From NCBI GenBank assembly GCA_965217565.1, contig CBDCIS010000009.1, positions 19,544 through 83,543 on the forward strand: a stretch of 64,000 nt of DNA, read 5' to 3'. The DNA comes from Dehalococcoidia bacterium (GTDB lineage: Bacteria > Chloroflexota > Dehalococcoidia > Lucifugimonadales > CATOSD01). The position numbers and the translations under genes were made by a program. Position 1 is the stretch's first letter. Each line of letters starts with the position of its first letter. Shown here one piece after another: positions 47,038-56,223 of this stretch. A model generated the notes under the pieces. That model made no database searches. It was not told the origin of the DNA and saw only the letters and a list, made by a program, of their open reading frames with translations.

Positions 47038-47556
47038 TTACACAAGCTCCTTGTTGAATTGAGTTACAGGCGCGGTAGGTAGATGACGCCCTTGTGACTT
47101 GGTGTAGAGTTTGGTTCGCTCATCCCTTGACACTGTGCCACGGGCAAGTAGTCCACCAAGCACAGAATAGGTAAGGTAATCCTGTTGGCGCCCCTTAAAG
47201 GATGACCGAAGGTTCAGGAATTCGGCAATCTCTGAATTCCTCAGACCCTGTGTATTGAGCTCCAGGAGTGCTAGTATCGCGTCCTCCAATTGCCTCAGTC
47301 CTGTTTGCGCGAGGTGCAATTCATGTACGCCACCACTTGCTGTTGTGAAAATCTTTGTTTCCGCGTCCCATGCTACCCTACCCTGTGCCAAAAGCCCACC
47401 CAACACTGAGTACGTGAGATAATCCTTTTGACGCCCCCGAAAACCTGACCGCAGGTCAAGAAGTTCGGCAACCTCCGAATTGCGAAGACCCTCGGGATGT
47501 GCCGATAGCAAGACCATTATCGCATCCTCGATTAGACGTAGGCCCACCTGAGCCAT
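47038..47556 (-). CDS. protein made of two tandem winged-helix-like repeats
   Basis: Two ~75-aa repeats (L..LEDAI..LL....GLRNSE(V/I)AE(L/F)L(D/N)LRS.F.GRQ.DYLTYSVLGGLLA.G.V). Likely start is ATG 47556. Confidence 0.5.
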   Translation of the reverse strand: MAQVGLRLIEDAIMVLLSAHPEGLRNSEVAELLDLRSGFRGRQKDYLTYSVLGGLLAQGRVAWDAETKIFTTASGGVHELHLAQTGLRQLEDAILALLELNTQGLRNSEIAEFLNLRSSFKGRQQDYLTYSVLGGLLARGTVSRDERTKLYTKSQGRHLPTAPVTQFNKELV

Positions 47557-47582
47557 ATCACGGGCTGCTCTGTCGTCATTCG

Positions 47583-47807
47583 TCAAACGTCCACCTCCAG
47601 TGTTCCCGGGTGATACGCCTGGAGATGGGCGTCCACGCACATAAAACACGTAATAATGTCGCAGTGGAAGTCCACTTGGCAGGCCTGGCTGTCGTAGTCG
47701 CAGGTTTCGCGCGTGCAACTCATGCACGAGTAGTCGTACTGCGGGTCCAGAGGCCTGTTGCAGTAGTAGCAGACGCCTATCGGATTGTTGTCAGTGTCTT
47801 TTGGCAT
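47583..47807 (-). CDS. 74-aa cysteine-rich protein
   Basis: 11 Cys and 3 His, including CYYC, CMSC and CFMC pairs; 26 nt upstream of the wHTH-repeat gene. Confidence 0.4.
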   Translation of the reverse strand: MPKDTDNNPIGVCYYCNRPLDPQYDYSCMSCTRETCDYDSQACQVDFHCDIITCFMCVDAHLQAYHPGTLEVDV

Positions 47808-47919
47808 TGCGCGTTCCCAGTCCAGCGTGCCCCATCTTATGGTATATTCTTATCGTAGCCTGGCGCAAATGTTCAGAATCATCTGATACAGCCTCAAATC
47901 AATCTTACAGGAGCGAGAC

Positions 47920-49347
47920 GTGGCGCAAGAGCAGCAGTTCAGAAAAGAGCGGGACTCGATGGGGGAGTTCGACGTGCCGGCGGACGCATATTACGGGGCG
48001 AACACCATGCGCGCCGTGCTCAACTTTCCCATAAGCGACCTCCGATTTCCCAGGGCGTTCGTCATGGCGCTGGGCCAGATAAAGCTTGCGGCGGCGCAGG
48101 TCAACCGGGAGCTCGAGCTCCTCGACGGCGGGCTGTCCGACGCCATCGCGCAGGCGGCCCAGGAGGTCGTGGACGGCAGGTTCGACGACCAGTTCGTGGT
48201 GGACATCTTCCAGACGGGTTCGGGAACATCCACCAACATGAACGCCAACGAGGTCATATCCAACCGCGCCATCGAAATTCTCGGCGGCGTGATTGGCTCC
48301 CGCAGCCCAGTGCATCCCAACGACCACGTAAACATCGGGCAGTCCTCCAACGACGTCATACCCACCGCCATCCACATATCGGGGCTGAGGGCGATACACG
48401 ACGACCTGGCTCCCGCGCTCGCAAGGCTCCAGCAGGAACTCGAGGAGAAGGCCGAGGAGTTCATGCCCATCATCAAGACGGGCAGAACCCACCTGCAGGA
48501 CGCCACACCCGTCCGGCTGGGCCAGGAGTTCCAGGGCTACGCGGCCCAGATAGAGCGCGCGATAGAGCGGCTGGAATTCGCCCAGGCGGAGCTGTCGGAG
48601 GTCGCGCTTGGCGGCACCGCGGTGGGAACCGGCGTCAACACGCATCCTGAGTTCGCCGAGAGGGTCTGCGAGAGGCTCACAGAGATGCTCGGTGTTCCCG
48701 TTGAGGAGACCGACGCCAAGGGCCACTTCCAGGCGCAGAGCACACTTGACGGCGTAGTGGCGGCAAGCGGCGCGCTGAAGACGGTCGCGGTGAGCCTGAT
48801 GAAGATTTGCAACGACATCCGCTGGCTTGGCTCCGGGCCGCGAGGCGGCATAGGCGAAATCGAACTGCCCGAGGTTCAGCCGGGAAGCTCGATTATGCCG
48901 GGGAAGGTGAACCCGGTGATACCGGAGTCGGTGTGCCAGGTCGCGGCGCAGGTCATCGGCAACGATGCCGCCATCGCGATCGCGGGACAGTCGGGCAACT
49001 TCGAGATAAACGTGATGATGCCAGTTGCCGGCTACAACCTGTTGCAGTCGATAGACCTGCTGGCGGCAGCGGCGAACAACCTGGCCGAACAGTGCGTGAG
49101 CGGGTTGAAGGCCACGCGGAAAGGGCCGGAGATGGTGGAGAGAGGCCTGGCGATTGTCACTTCGCTGGTTCCGCACATCGGCTACGACGCGTCGGCGACC
49201 ATCGCCAAGGAGGCACAGGCGACCGGCAGGACGGTGAAGGAGGTGGCGATTGCCAGCACCGACTTCACGAGCGAGGAGCTGGACGAGATTCTGGACCCCA
49301 GCTCGATGACGGAGCCTGGGCTGTCAGGCGGCGTTTCGGTGGGGTGA
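47920..49347 (+). CDS. fumC: class II fumarate hydratase
   Basis: GSSIMPGKVNP signature; AGGAG upstream of GTG 47920. Confidence 0.9.
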   Translation: MAQEQQFRKERDSMGEFDVPADAYYGANTMRAVLNFPISDLRFPRAFVMALGQIKLAAAQVNRELELLDGGLSDAIAQAAQEVVDGRFDDQFVVDIFQTGSGTSTNMNANEVISNRAIEILGGVIGSRSPVHPNDHVNIGQSSNDVIPTAIHISGLRAIHDDLAPALARLQQELEEKAEEFMPIIKTGRTHLQDATPVRLGQEFQGYAAQIERAIERLEFAQAELSEVALGGTAVGTGVNTHPEFAERVCERLTEMLGVPVEETDAKGHFQAQSTLDGVVAASGALKTVAVSLMKICNDIRWLGSGPRGGIGEIELPEVQPGSSIMPGKVNPVIPESVCQVAAQVIGNDAAIAIAGQSGNFEINVMMPVAGYNLLQSIDLLAAAANNLAEQCVSGLKATRKGPEMVERGLAIVTSLVPHIGYDASATIAKEAQATGRTVKEVAIASTDFTSEELDEILDPSSMTEPGLSGGVSVG

Positions 49348-49390
49348 GAGATTGCGGCGCGCCGAGCGGCCACCACTCCTCTGCCCTTGG

Positions 49391-49410
49391 GTTCCCGCTT
49401 TCGCGGGAAC
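49391..49410. repeat. REP-like palindrome, family 2 variant (GTTCCCGCTTTCGCGGGAAC)
   Basis: Between convergent fumC and the nucleotidyltransferase gene. Confidence 0.6.
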
Positions 49411-49492
49411 GACGGCGGAGCGCATGACCGGCTGTTGGCTGAACAATGGCGTAGGCGGGGAGACGCAGGGACGGGCGAACGGCTGACCGCCT

Positions 49493-50746
49493 CTATATGT
49501 GGGCGCGGGCGAACCCTATCTCGTCCGAGCGTGTTTTCAGCAGGCCGTCCATCCTGGCAATCCTTATGCTCCTTAGCAGTTCGCCGACTGCCGGGCCTTC
49601 CGTCGCTCCAAGTGAGATGAGGTCGTTGCCGTCCAGCGCGGGGGTTACGTGGCGCAGCTCCGACAGGTAGAGCCGCAGGCGCGACGATACCAGCGGCTCG
49701 CTCGCGACAAGGGAGCAGGCACGGATGGCGTCCGGGTCGTATGTGTGGAGTAGTTCGTAGATTTGGCTGGGCTTCATGCCAGGGCCGCTTAAGCGAGTTA
49801 GAGCGTCTCTCAGCGCGGCGGTGTGCCGGACCACTCTTGCCCATCTCGAATCCATGTTGAGCCGCCGGGCCAGTTCGCGGCTTGCGCCGGACGGCGCGGC
49901 GTAGGTCAGCAGCGAAAGCATGACCATCCGACTGGCGGGGGCGGACCGCTGTGGGAGTTCGTCGATTCGCGCCAGCGTGCTGTCGTCGATTTCGAGGCTC
50001 GAGTGTATAGCCCCGAGAACGGAGGTGTCGCGCATCAGCCGAAGAACCGGCGCGGCGCGCGGCTCGTCGAAAACACGCTCTAGCTCGTGGCGCAGTCGGT
50101 CGCCCTTGATGGTGTCCAGGCGGGACAGGTCTCGCGCCAATAGCCGCCGAGTCCAGTCCTCGACCTTGAAATCGAGGCGCCCCGCGTATCGAATCGCCCT
50201 GACGACGCGGGTGGCGTCGTCCACGAAGCTGTTGTGGTGGAGGACACGGATGAGGCCGCGCTCCAGGTCAGCGCGCCCGTCGAAATGGTCGAGCAGGTCT
50301 CCCCATGCGCTGCCGCCCAAGGCGATAGCCATGGAGTTGATGGAGAAGTCTCTCCTGGCAATATCCTCGTCGATGCTCCCCGGCGCGACGTCGGGCAACG
50401 CGCCAGGCTCTGCGTACCTCTCGGTGCGGGCCATGGCGAGGTCGATGATGGTATCGCCTACCCGCAGCTTGAAGGTGCCGAACTGCGATGAGGCCACGAC
50501 ACTCCCGCCGAGGCCGCTTGCCAGAACGGACGCAAAGGCGGGGTCCGCGCTGACAATCGACAGGTCCAGGTCGATGGCGGGCAGACCCAACAGCATGTCG
50601 CGGACCGCGCCGCCCACCAGGTAAAGCTCGATGCCCTGCCCTGAGCACACCTCTGACGCCCGCTCCAGGAGGCGAGCCTGGGTTCCCGTTAGTCTCTCAT
50701 CCAGAGTAGCTGCGACGTTCGGCACAGGGAAACCCTCGTGACTCAC
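49493..50746 (-). CDS. CCA-adding enzyme / poly(A) polymerase family tRNA nucleotidyltransferase
   Basis: LYLVGGAVRDMLLG...DLDL head-domain motifs. Confidence 0.75.
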   Translation of the reverse strand: MSHEGFPVPNVAATLDERLTGTQARLLERASEVCSGQGIELYLVGGAVRDMLLGLPAIDLDLSIVSADPAFASVLASGLGGSVVASSQFGTFKLRVGDTIIDLAMARTERYAEPGALPDVAPGSIDEDIARRDFSINSMAIALGGSAWGDLLDHFDGRADLERGLIRVLHHNSFVDDATRVVRAIRYAGRLDFKVEDWTRRLLARDLSRLDTIKGDRLRHELERVFDEPRAAPVLRLMRDTSVLGAIHSSLEIDDSTLARIDELPQRSAPASRMVMLSLLTYAAPSGASRELARRLNMDSRWARVVRHTAALRDALTRLSGPGMKPSQIYELLHTYDPDAIRACSLVASEPLVSSRLRLYLSELRHVTPALDGNDLISLGATEGPAVGELLRSIRIARMDGLLKTRSDEIGFARAHI

Positions 50747-50812
50747 CCTCGCTGCGGGCCAATCTCATGCTCCGTGCTCGGAGCTGCCACGCGCGACTAA
50801 TCGTGAACATTA

Positions 50813-51571
50813 CTACTTTGAGGCCGCCTCGACCTTGCTGAGAAATCCCTGCGCGCCTGCGGTGAGCCAGGCGGGCCAGCCCGTCATCAGGAAGCGGACG
50901 CCCTTCCCTATGTAGTCCTCCACCGTGGCGTCACTGACCACCGTGCCCGCCGTTTTGCCGGCGGCGGTTATCTGCCGGATGGCGGCGTCGATGGTCGATT
51001 GCACCTCCGGGTGGCCGATCTGCCCCAGATGGCCCATGCTCTGTGCGAGGTCGCTGGGCGCGACGAAGAAGACGTCGATGTTGTCCACGGCGACGATTTC
51101 GGCGAGATTGTTCACGGCGACAATGTCCTCGATGAGCACTACCAGCAGGGTCTCGTCGTTTGCCCTGTCCAGGTAGTCGGGAACACCGAAACCCTGCCTG
51201 CTGGTGAACATTCCCCTTGCGCCGAGAGGATGAAACTTCCCGGCCTCCACGACGGCCCTGGCTTCGCCCGCCGTGTTCACGTGCGGGATTACTACGCCCT
51301 GCGCTCCGACGTCGAGCGTCCTGTAGATAACGCTGGGGACGTTCGCGTGGACGCGCACGACCGAGGTCTTGTTCCAGAGGTCGCAGGCCCTCGTCAGGTC
51401 GGGGATGTCGGCAAAGTCTATGGGGCCGTGTTCGCCCTCGATCCAAACGCCGTCGAATCCGAACTGCCCCAGAAAGTCGATGACGTCGGTGGAGTTGTGA
51501 CCGCTCACTATCGTGGCGACCTCTCCCCGCTCCAGCTTGTGCTTCACGATGTTCCGTCGTATCTGCGCCAT
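50813..51571 (-). CDS. HpcH/HpaI-family aldolase
   Basis: 253 aa from ATG 51571 (AAGGAG upstream); typical ...WIEGEHGP... and ...FVAPSDLAQSMG motifs. Confidence 0.75.
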   Translation of the reverse strand: MAQIRRNIVKHKLERGEVATIVSGHNSTDVIDFLGQFGFDGVWIEGEHGPIDFADIPDLTRACDLWNKTSVVRVHANVPSVIYRTLDVGAQGVVIPHVNTAGEARAVVEAGKFHPLGARGMFTSRQGFGVPDYLDRANDETLLVVLIEDIVAVNNLAEIVAVDNIDVFFVAPSDLAQSMGHLGQIGHPEVQSTIDAAIRQITAAGKTAGTVVSDATVEDYIGKGVRFLMTGWPAWLTAGAQGFLSKVEAASK

Positions 51572-51689
51572 TCCAGTCTCCTTTGGGGAATAAGGGCAGC
51601 CCTGCAACGTGCCGCCGCCGAGGGCTTCGCCGCCATTATAGGGCTGCCGCGGGAGAGCGTCAATTTCGGCGGGCGGACTCCGCCCTCAT

Positions 51690-51715
51690 GTCCGCCCACA
51701 AGGGAACGCCCCTAC
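51690..51715. repeat. REP-like unit, family 1
   Basis: GTCCGCCCACAAGGGAACGCCCCTAC, near-identical to 7355-7380. Confidence 0.65.
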
Positions 51716-51753
51716 CAGCTAAACTGGTACAGCATCATCCCCGCTGCCCGTCC

Positions 51754-51782
51754 TTGACACGGACGAACGCCCGTGCTACTAT
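51754..51782 (+). promoter_or_regulatory. candidate sigma70-type promoter (TTGACA-17-TACTAT)
   Basis: Consensus -35, 17-nt spacer, good -10; about 200 nt upstream of the VOC gene. Confidence 0.45.
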
Positions 51783-51887
51783 GGCTTCGTCCAAAGCGAG
51801 AGACGGCTTCCCATAGTCCCTGCCCCGCGAAAACGGGGATGCGGTGAAACCCTGTCGCTCATACAGAACCGCAGCCTTCAGCTATGA

Positions 51888-51917
51888 AATGACACAGAAT
51901 GACCCAAAATGACCCAG
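51888..51917 (+). repeat. three tandem 10-bp direct repeats AATGACmCAr
   Basis: AATGACACAG AATGACCCAA AATGACCCAG with an exact 10-bp period, followed by GGAACG-G-CGTTCC (51925-51937) and TAAGAT. Confidence 0.5.
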
Positions 51918-51989
51918 TTTTCACGGAACGGCGTTCCCTGTTAAGATAGTCGCGCCCGCCCCACTTTCGCACAACCAAAGGAGATTCGG

Positions 51990-52385
51990 ATGACTACACC
52001 GGAGGACGCCATCAGGCTAAAGAGTGTCAACCACCTTACGTACAACGTCAGCGACAAGCGGCGCGCGCTGAGATTTTGGGAGGACACGCTGGGGGTGAAG
52101 CAAATACCCAGCCAGGTGAATCGAGACCACATCATCTGGCTGCAATTGCCGAGCGGCGCAATGGTGCACCTGGTGGAGACCCCGGACGCGCCATCCGCTC
52201 CCTCGCACCACGGCGCTTTCGAGGTGGACGACATCGACGCTGCGGCGAAGGCGCTGCAAGCCAGGGGCCTGGAAACCACGGAGATTACCACGCGCAACGA
52301 TGGTCAGCGCAACTTCTTCATCAATGACCCGGACGGCAACCGCATCGAAATATGCACGAAGTCCGGGTTCGGCGTCCTGGTGTAG
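51990..52385 (+). CDS. VOC (glyoxalase/bleomycin-resistance/dioxygenase) family protein
   Basis: 131 aa; VNHLTYNV...HHGAFEV...NDPDGNRIE metal-site pattern; AAGGAG upstream. Confidence 0.75.
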   Translation: MTTPEDAIRLKSVNHLTYNVSDKRRALRFWEDTLGVKQIPSQVNRDHIIWLQLPSGAMVHLVETPDAPSAPSHHGAFEVDDIDAAAKALQARGLETTEITTRNDGQRNFFINDPDGNRIEICTKSGFGVLV

Positions 52386-52446
52386 CAACAAGATTCCCCC
52401 GCCCTTGACGGGAGGGGGTCAGGGGGCGGGTGGCCGTCATTCCCCG

Positions 52447-53499
52447 CTAGGCGAACGTCAGGATACGGGCCGGGTTCTCCACCGTGATGTCCCGGATCTC
52501 CTGCTCGCTGAAGCCCCTGCCGCGCATTCTGGGAACGATGCGCTCCAGGATGTAGCCGTACCCGTGGCCGCCGTACTTGACCAGGCGGTGCTTGGTGCAG
52601 ATGTCGTGGGCGATGACGATATTCTCACCGAACCCCTCGTCGATTAGTTGCTTTATCGTGTCCATGCGATGCGCGTCGTTGGGCATGTCGATGCTCGAAA
52701 GCGGGTAGTAGGACGACTCGATGCCAAACAGGTCCCACTCCATGTAGCAGCCGCTTCCTGCCAGCTCCAGCAGGGCGTCGAAGTCGAACACGGTCCTGTC
52801 CAGGTGGCCCATGATGGTGCGGCCGATGTCCGCGCCCGCCTCCGCGAGCACGTCCAGAATCTCCCAGGGCGCCTGCTCGTCGCGGCCGGGGTGAATCAGG
52901 ATGGGCGCGCCGGTCTCGCTCTGCGCGGTGGCGGCTGCCCTCAATACCTTGCGCTCGTTGCGGGTCAGGGGCCAGGTGCAGCCTATCTCTCCAATGATGC
53001 CCGCCCTTACCCCGCTGTTTCCAACACCAACCCTGATGTCATCGACAATCTGGCGGGCGATGTCGGATTCGGCCTTGTCGTCCATGTCATCCGGGTGAAC
53101 GACGTCCACGTAGTAGCCTGCGCCCATAACGATGTTGAGTCCCGTGGCGCGGGCGATTCGAGCCAGGGCGAGCGGGTCGCGCCCGATGCCGATGGTCGTG
53201 GCGTCAACGATCGTGCCGCCTCCCAGCTTCCCGTAGAGCGCGGCTTCCGAAATTGCGGTGTCCTCGTCCATCAGCAGCAGGTTGTCCCGGTAGCCGTAGT
53301 AGTCGTGCCGAACACGCCCCAGGTTCTCCATACTTATCGGCTCGTGCGCTCGCGCCCACTCCGTGGCCTCATCGGGCGGATGGAACATGCACAGGAAGTT
53401 GATGAGCAGGTGCTCGTGCGTCATGGTTGGCCCCAGGTCATTGGGCGACACCGGACCGAGGACAGTCTGCGCCATCCCGCTCAACTCGCTCATCGACAT
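52447..53499 (-). CDS. phosphotriesterase-related (PTE/Php) amidohydrolase
   Basis: TMTHEHLLINF (HxH) and conserved later His/Asp positions. Confidence 0.8.
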   Translation of the reverse strand: MSMSELSGMAQTVLGPVSPNDLGPTMTHEHLLINFLCMFHPPDEATEWARAHEPISMENLGRVRHDYYGYRDNLLLMDEDTAISEAALYGKLGGGTIVDATTIGIGRDPLALARIARATGLNIVMGAGYYVDVVHPDDMDDKAESDIARQIVDDIRVGVGNSGVRAGIIGEIGCTWPLTRNERKVLRAAATAQSETGAPILIHPGRDEQAPWEILDVLAEAGADIGRTIMGHLDRTVFDFDALLELAGSGCYMEWDLFGIESSYYPLSSIDMPNDAHRMDTIKQLIDEGFGENIVIAHDICTKHRLVKYGGHGYGYILERIVPRMRGRGFSEQEIRDITVENPARILTFA

Positions 53500-54077
53500 T
53501 GGATTCCTCCTTCCGACCGGTGGCCTTCCTCTTCGACGATTGCCGCGAATCGCTCCAGTTGTTCTATCTGTGGGGGCATGACGTGGATGAAGGGGCGGAC
53601 CTTCCTTATCAAGCCAATCGCATCGTCGAGCGAGTACCCTTTGCTGATGAAGTACGCCACCGCCATCGTCGGCGCTCTGCCAATGCCGCCGCCGCAGTGG
53701 ATGTACACCTTCCCGCCACGCTCGACGGCCCGTTCCACGAAGGCAATGCCGCGGCGAAGATGTTCGAGCGTTGGCGCGGCGTCGTCAACAGTGGGCAGGT
53801 GGCAATAGTGGTCGAGAGCGAGGTCTTGCTCCGCGTCATCGAACTCGATTCGCATGTTCACGCTGTGGTGAATTCCCAGCCGCTTTAGCCTGCGTTTACC
53901 GCTGTGTCGGTATTGCGGCCCGACGTAGATTTGGGGCGTTACGCGGCTGTACTTCACCATCGGAACCCCGGTGAGCGCGGGTATGCCACGCCCGTAGAGC
54001 CAGACCATCGTGGTCCGAAAGCCCTGCGTCCTCAGCCGCCGAACCAGGACGCTGGGCAAATTGGTAAGGAAACCCAT
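53490..54077 (-). CDS. dual-specificity protein phosphatase
   Basis: P-loop VYIHCGGGIGRAPT (HCxxGxxR). Confidence 0.75.
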   Translation of the reverse strand: MGFLTNLPSVLVRRLRTQGFRTTMVWLYGRGIPALTGVPMVKYSRVTPQIYVGPQYRHSGKRRLKRLGIHHSVNMRIEFDDAEQDLALDHYCHLPTVDDAAPTLEHLRRGIAFVERAVERGGKVYIHCGGGIGRAPTMAVAYFISKGYSLDDAIGLIRKVRPFIHVMPPQIEQLERFAAIVEEEGHRSEGGIQCR

Positions 54078-54346
54078 TACGACGCGGACCCGGTTTCCTC
54101 TTCCATCATTCGCATCTGCTCACCATAGGCCGTGCGAATCCGCGATATACGCAACTCCGCCGAGGTCAGCATCTCGTTGCAGACGCGCGCGAGCTTCATC
54201 CCGTCCTCGTATAGCCGCGTGGCCTCTGCCAGGTCGAACCCGCCCGCTTCCAGCGCCTGCACGGTCTCGTCCAGGCGGCCAAGCGCCTGCTCGAACGAAA
54301 GGTCGCTAAAATCGGATTCGCCGTCAACGTTCGGCTTCATCATCAC
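54077..54346 (-). CDS. xseB: exodeoxyribonuclease VII small subunit
   Basis: SFEQALGRLDETVQALEAG...L..A..LYE.G helical hairpin; overlaps xseA. Confidence 0.85.
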   Translation of the reverse strand: MMMKPNVDGESDFSDLSFEQALGRLDETVQALEAGGFDLAEATRLYEDGMKLARVCNEMLTSAELRISRIRTAYGEQMRMMEEETGSAS

Positions 54347-55541
54347 CTTCCAGGCGCACAGAGGTTACTTCCGTCTCGACCGCTCCCCGGCTGAGCGTGA
54401 TCTCCAGCGAGTGTCCCACGTCCACCTGTGCGGCGTCGCTCACGATTTTACCATTTTCGGACGCCCTCACAATCGAGTAACCTCTACGGAGTATGTCGTG
54501 GGGATTGAGCGACTCGAGTCGCGACGTAAGCCCCTCCAGTCGTTCCGCCCTGACCACCAGGCCGTGCTTGACGTGCGTTGACGCGCTCCTGAGCATGTCG
54601 TCGATTCGCATACGCAGGGTGTCGATGTCGGGGCGAGTGCGCCGCAGCCGGGCGTCCAGTTGTCTCACCGACTCCGACCGCATCGACACGTGCCCCGAAA
54701 TGCCGGCGTACATGCTCTGCGAAGCCGCTGCCAGTTGAACGGCAAGCTCCGCCCTGTCGGGCACCACCATCTCAGCCGCGGCCGATGGCGTCGGAGCGCG
54801 CTGGTCGGCGACCAGGTCGGAGATGGTGACGTCGGTCTCGTGCCCGATTGCGCTGATGACCGGCGCGCGGCAGGAATAGACGGCCCTGGCGACGCTTTCC
54901 TCGTTGAAGGGCCACAGGTCTTCGAGGGAGCCTCCCCCTCTCGCCAGGATGACCACGTCCGCGGGCTGAGCGTCGTTGACTGCGTCGAACGCCTCCACTA
55001 TGCGCGGCGCGGCGTCGCTGCCCTGAACGAGCGTGGGAGCCAGCGAGAGCTCGACGAGGGGGTATCGCCGCTCGATTACCGTTCGGATGTCGTGCCAGAC
55101 CGCGCCGGTGGGCGAGGTGATGACCCCGATTCGCGTCGGAAAGACCGGCAGGCTTCGCTTGCGGGATGGCTCGAACAGACCCTCGCGCTCCAGCTTCAGT
55201 TTGAGCTGCTCCAGCCTGAGTTGCAGTTCGCCGACGCCCTCCGGCTGCACGATGTCGGCAATAAGCTGGAGGTCGCCGCGCGCCGCGTAGAGCGATACGC
55301 GACCGTGGGCGATTATCGCCGCTCCTCCCTCGAGGTGTTCGATTCCACGCGAACGTTGGCGGAACATCACGCAGCGCAATGACCCCTTGTCGTCCCTGAG
55401 CGTGAAGTAGGCGTGCCCGGACCCCGCCCTCGTCAGGTTCGCTACCTCGCCGCTCACCCAGATGTCGCCAAGAAGCTCGTCCCGCGCGAGAAGCTCATTG
55501 AGGTAGGAAGTGACCTGCGATACCGGGTAGATTGGCATCAC
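54324..55541 (-). CDS. xseA: exodeoxyribonuclease VII large subunit
   Basis: N-terminal OB (VSQVTSYLNELL...GDIWVSGEVAN) and catalytic domain, 405 aa. Confidence 0.85.
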   Translation of the reverse strand: MMPIYPVSQVTSYLNELLARDELLGDIWVSGEVANLTRAGSGHAYFTLRDDKGSLRCVMFRQRSRGIEHLEGGAAIIAHGRVSLYAARGDLQLIADIVQPEGVGELQLRLEQLKLKLEREGLFEPSRKRSLPVFPTRIGVITSPTGAVWHDIRTVIERRYPLVELSLAPTLVQGSDAAPRIVEAFDAVNDAQPADVVILARGGGSLEDLWPFNEESVARAVYSCRAPVISAIGHETDVTISDLVADQRAPTPSAAAEMVVPDRAELAVQLAAASQSMYAGISGHVSMRSESVRQLDARLRRTRPDIDTLRMRIDDMLRSASTHVKHGLVVRAERLEGLTSRLESLNPHDILRRGYSIVRASENGKIVSDAAQVDVGHSLEITLSRGAVETEVTSVRLEGDDEAER

Positions 55542-55635
55542 GCACCGGTATGGGCTGGCCGCGAGAGGATTGCGTCAACGGCGCGGCCCTCAACGACCGT
55601 CGCCAGCGAGCCGGCGCGCGCAAGATACTCCGGCA

Positions 55636-56199
55636 TCACGCCCTCGAAAGGTATTGGCTCGTCCTGGTGTCCACCTTGATCTTCTCGCCCTGGCTCACGA
55701 ACAGGGGCACGTTGACGACGAGACCGGTCTCGAGCGTCGCCGGCTTGGTTCCGCCCTGCGCGGTGTCACCCTTGAAGCCGGGGGTGGTCTCTGCCACCTC
55801 CAGCTCCACGGTTATGGGCATCTCGATGGCGACGGGGTTTTCGCGGAAGAGCACCAGGTCCACGGTGATCTGCTCGATGAGATACTGAAGGTCGTTCTTG
55901 ATTTGTTCCTCTGACAGCGGGAACTGCTCGTAGTTTTCCGTATCCATGAAGTAGTAGAAGTTGTCGTCGTTGTAGATGTACTGCGCGCTGCGACGCTCCA
56001 CCGCCGCCAGCTTGAAATCGACGTCATACCCTGAAAAGGTGCGCTCCGTAAGCCGACCACTGAGCAGGTCGCGGAACCTGATGCGCATGACCGGCGCGCG
56101 CTGCTGCATCTTGCTGCGCTCGTAATCGACGACGACAAAAGGCTCCCCGTCCAGTTCGACGGCCATGCCCTTCCGCAACTCTCCATAGCTAACGGTCAT
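55636..56199 (-). CDS. efp: elongation factor P
   Basis: 187 aa; ...KMQQRAPVMRIRFRDLLSG...GDTAQGGTKPATLETG. Confidence 0.9.
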   Translation of the reverse strand: MTVSYGELRKGMAVELDGEPFVVVDYERSKMQQRAPVMRIRFRDLLSGRLTERTFSGYDVDFKLAAVERRSAQYIYNDDNFYYFMDTENYEQFPLSEEQIKNDLQYLIEQITVDLVLFRENPVAIEMPITVELEVAETTPGFKGDTAQGGTKPATLETGLVVNVPLFVSQGEKIKVDTRTSQYLSRA

Positions 56200-56223
56200 T
56201 CGCGAGCCTCCTGTGTCAGCCGC

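Noticed and set aside
51789-51989. The leader as a known riboswitch (TPP, guanidine, ZTP, fluoride and others)
   Set aside because: None of the conserved core sequences I remember for these classes is present. It needs an Rfam scan.
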